A stretch of DNA of 64,000 nt from Mobula hypostoma (taxonomy: Eukaryota). Under the pieces are notes generated by a model. That model saw only the letters and a list, made by a program, of their open reading frames with translations. It searched no databases and was not told where the DNA came from. This document shows, piece by piece, positions 60,841-64,000 of the stretch. Every line of letters starts with the position of its first letter. The stretch's first letter is position 1. The translations under genes and the position numbers were made by a program. Where the stretch lies: the NCBI RefSeq assembly GCF_963921235.1, contig NC_086097.1, positions 44,022,001 to 44,086,000 of the forward strand, given 5' to 3'.

Positions 60841-60999
60841 TCTCTCTTCTCACCTCTTCTCAGGATATGCCCTCTTCTCACCAGAGAGAAGGTACAGAGC
60901 CTGAAGACCTACACTCAACAACTCAAGAACAGCTTCTTCCCCTCTGTCATCAGATTTCTGAAAGTGCATGAACACCACCTCTGGACCTGGACCTGCTGC

Positions 61000-62312
61000 A
61001 ATTCGCCAATGGCTGCAACTTGTCTACAGTAGACGCAACCTCGCTGGCTCTCCACCTTGCATTGGAGCACCTCGACAACTGCAAAACATCAGTCAGGCTG
61101 CTGTTAATTGATTACAGCTCAGTGTCAATGCAATCATCCCCTCAATATTAACCGTCAGGCTTCTAAACCTGGGCATCGGTACCTCCCTCTGCAATTAGAT
61201 CCTTGATTTCCTCATTGGGGCACCACAATTAATATGAATTGATGACAACATTTCCTCTTCACTGACAATCAGCACAGGTGCACCTCAGCAAGCATACTTA
61301 GTCCACTGCTCTACACCCTCGACACTCATGACTATGTGGCTAACAGTTCAGACTCACTGATGAAACCAATGCTGCTGGTGAAATCTCAGGTAGCAGCAAA
61401 GAGGTATACAAGAGTGAGATAGATCAGATGGTTGAACGATTTTGTTTCAACTGAGAGAATGGTCTAGTTCTCATTGAGGGATAGCAGTAGAAAGGGTTAA
61501 CAACTTCAAATTACTGGGCATCAACATCTCTGCAGATTTATTCTGGACCCAACACATTGATATAATCACAAAGAGGGAATCCACAGCAGCACAGCAGTTA
61601 GCATGATGTTATCACAGCTCAGGGCTTGATTTCGGAGTTCAATCCCAGTGTCTTCCTTAAGGAGTCTTCCCCATGGAATGCTCGAGTTTTCTCTGGATTC
61701 TCCAGTTGCTTCCCACAGTCCAAAGACATACTGGATAGGTTAATTGGTTATTGTAAATTGCCCCGTGATTAGGTTAGGGTTAAATCAAAGTTGTTGGGGT
61801 TGTGAGGCTCAGAAGGCTGGAGGGGCCTATTCCACTTTGTATCTTTAAATAAAATAAATAAAATCCTAGTAGGTCTTGCAAATTTCTGCAGATATACAGT
61901 GAAGATTATTCTGACCGGTTGCAAGACCACCTGGTATAGAGTGTCCAGTGTGCAGGATTGGAAGAGGTTGTGGAAGGCTGTAGACTCAGAAAGTTCCACC
62001 ATTGACGTAGTCTTCCCCCCTGTGCCTAAAGGAGGTAGCATCCAGCTCATTGGACCCTCAGAACCCAAGACACGCCCTCTTCTCATTACTACCGTTCAGG
62101 AGGACCCACAGTCAATAATTCTGGAGCAGCTTCTTCCCGCCATCATCAGATTTCTCAAAGATCCGTGAACCCATGAACACTACCTTATCGTTCCTTTTCT
62201 TTTGCACTGTTTATTAATTTTGTAATTTACATTTTTGCAGTGTACTGTTGCAATAAACTGCAAATTCATGTCATATATGACAGTTATAGTGAACAAGATC
62301 TTGATCCTGAAT
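61000..62312 (+). mobile_element. Old Rex1/Babar LINE split by SINE
   Basis: GTCAGGCTGCTGTTAATTGATTACAGCTCAG and ACAGGTGCACCTCA RT motifs; IILTGCKTTWY..DWKRLWKAVDS. Confidence 0.82.
61580..61865 (+). mobile_element. tRNA-derived V-domain SINE (HE1-like) with CR1-type tail
   Basis: B box GAGTTCAATCCC; V domain TCCCACAGTCCAAAGAC; tail GGGCCTATTCC..TGTATCT(TAAA)n. Confidence 0.82.
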
Positions 62313-62464
62313 CCTTTCTTGAGGGAAAAATGTCTTATAATGCAACATGTCCCCAAAATTGCTTTCTGTGTGTCATTTGAGTCCAAGATAATGTTGCAAT
62401 GTTGAAGTTTTGAACTAAGCCAATTGATGCCTCAAAGGTTGTGGAATAGAGTTAACAATAAAAA

Positions 62465-63055
62465 AGGATCTAGTACTTTCCTGGTGTATATGACAAACAA
62501 AATCATCCCAGGCTTCCAGCTGGGTACGAATATTGATTATAACCAATGTTTCAATGACAAACTCTGCCAACTTCATCCAGACTCTGCTCTCTTTATCAGG
62601 GATGATATCTGGGCATGTCTAGTCTGGTGGTATTTATACCCTCATAATCCTTCCTTTCAAATTAGTTCGTCCTCACCCAATCAGGTTTCCACTCTCCCAA
62701 CTTGCTTACAAATGAATTCCAGTTCCTACTTAGAGCGGGACCTTCGTCTTCGTTAAAAATTTTTTCCCTTGGTTTTATTTCAATGGCTTCCTTTACCAGG
62801 TGGTCCCAAAAGCCATTGGCACGGCACAGTAGTCTTGTGGTGTCGAAGTAAATCCTATGGCCATTGCAAACTCAGAGTTCTGCTACCACCGATTTCTCCG
62901 GGTAACCCAAACAGATACACCTTCTGTGCTCCTTGATCCTGTGCTGCACCCTGTGTCCCGTCCGGCCGATATACGCTGCTCTGCGTTCACAGGGAATCCT
63001 GTAAATGCTAGCGATGTGAGTCCCAGGTCATCCTTGACCCGCATAACAGCTTAAC
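62465..63055 (-). mobile_element. Penelope-like element (second lineage, Poseidon-like) 3' part
   Basis: Minus translation SIYRIPCERRAAYIGRTGHRVQHRIKEHRR..KSVVAE..KEAIEI..FNEDEG..LSRNW (GIY-YIG); TATAAATA and a degenerate hammerhead downstream. Confidence 0.9.
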
Positions 63056-63259
63056 AATGTCCGTCAGCAAAAACTATTGTAGCAGCTAAGCATTCTTCCT
63101 GGTGTCTCGGTGAAGTAGAAGATCAAAGGGTTCTCGAAATATACAGTTAATCCATAAGTTAGCATGGCAATAATAAAAAAAAGCAAACATTTTAATTTAT
63201 TTCCAGCAGATGTTGGGGAGTGATAGTAAATCTGTCTGAAATTTAGTTATACCACATTT

Positions 63260-63715
63260 AGAGTAAGGTGTACAGTTCTAGTTGGCCATGTTGATACAGA
63301 AACACTGGAACAAGCGCAAGGATGATACCAGAAATATGAAGATATTGATAACGAAGAGAAAAGGGCAGAGAGGTGATCTAACAGAGGTCTCTGAAATAAT
63401 AGAAGTACTCTTTCTGTTTTTATAAGACTCAAAGCAGAAAGAATATTTATACTTGATCAAAGCTTTTATTCAGATAAACAAGAGTTATCAGTGGCTTTAC
63501 ACATGACATCAGGTCAACATTACAGTCAGTGACATGAACGGAAATTAGAAACCAAGAAATAATTAAGCTTTTAAAAATCAGGTAACCTAGCCTTAGGAAA
63601 GCCATTTAACAAGGGATGGCATAGAGACTTCATAATACCCTTTTTTTATAAGGTTGCTCTATATGAACTGGTACAGACATTTTGGGCTGAATGACCTGCT
63701 TTATGCAGTAATAAT
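63260..63715 (+). mobile_element. Very old CR1 3' fragment
   Basis: GAGAGGTGATCTAACAGAGGTC and GGGCTGAATGACCT remnants. Confidence 0.5.
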
Positions 63716-64000
63716 ACAACAGTCTATTACCAAACTTGCTTTGTCTGCATCTGAAGGTAAAGGAGATGAAATCTCTTCTCGTGCATGGAGTTTAACTGAT
63801 CTCTCTAAAGCTGCTGTGAGCATTAAATAGCTGTGGCAAGGATGGGGAAGTGACCTCAATGGGTGAAATAGTCAAAGCACACATGCAAGGTTGTATTTGG
63901 GGAATTACTGATCTCAGCGATCAGTGTTATCTCTTTAAATAGCATGGTTTCAGGGAAACATGGCTGGTAAAATCTGGTTGTTCCATGAATAATTAAGAGC

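Noticed and set aside
61580..61660. tRNA gene
   Set aside because: Only a B box and a degenerate A box in a SINE head; no cloverleaf.
62799..63054. Apparent plus-strand exon/ORF (MAIANSEF..., acceptor TTTACCAG, donor GTGAGT)
   Set aside because: It is the antisense strand of a Penelope GIY-YIG coding region.

Overview
Repeat-dominated vertebrate genomic DNA, either intergenic or inside a large intron. The transposable-element complement (many CR1 LINE families, Rex1/Babar, Penelope-like elements, V-domain and Deu-domain SINEs) suggests a cartilaginous fish (shark or ray); that assignment is inference. I found no recognisable host protein-coding gene, tRNA, rRNA or CRISPR array. Nearly all long ORFs are fragments of retroelement ORF2 (APE endonuclease plus RT), Penelope GIY-YIG endonuclease or hAT transposase. 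Resolved to base-level junctions: a four-level CR1 nest (14.9-22.5 kb); two hAT transposons with TIRs and 8-bp TSDs (27847-30433, 40686-43142); a solo LTR with a 4-bp TSD (43526-44100); a 641-bp MITE with a 6-bp TSD (52769-53409); a 5'-inverted Vingi LINE carrying a poly(A) insert (34494-35759); and an RTE LINE interrupted by Penelope and CR1 copies. Also present are two minisatellites and degenerate minimal hammerhead-ribozyme motifs in two Penelope lineages. TE-poor islands (about 4.8-6.8 and 47.5-50.7 kb) and a few minus-strand splice-site pairs may be host regulatory or exonic sequence but cannot be confirmed here. I did not find a convincing previously undescribed system. Family names rest on motif recognition, not database searches, and boundaries of old copies are approximate.
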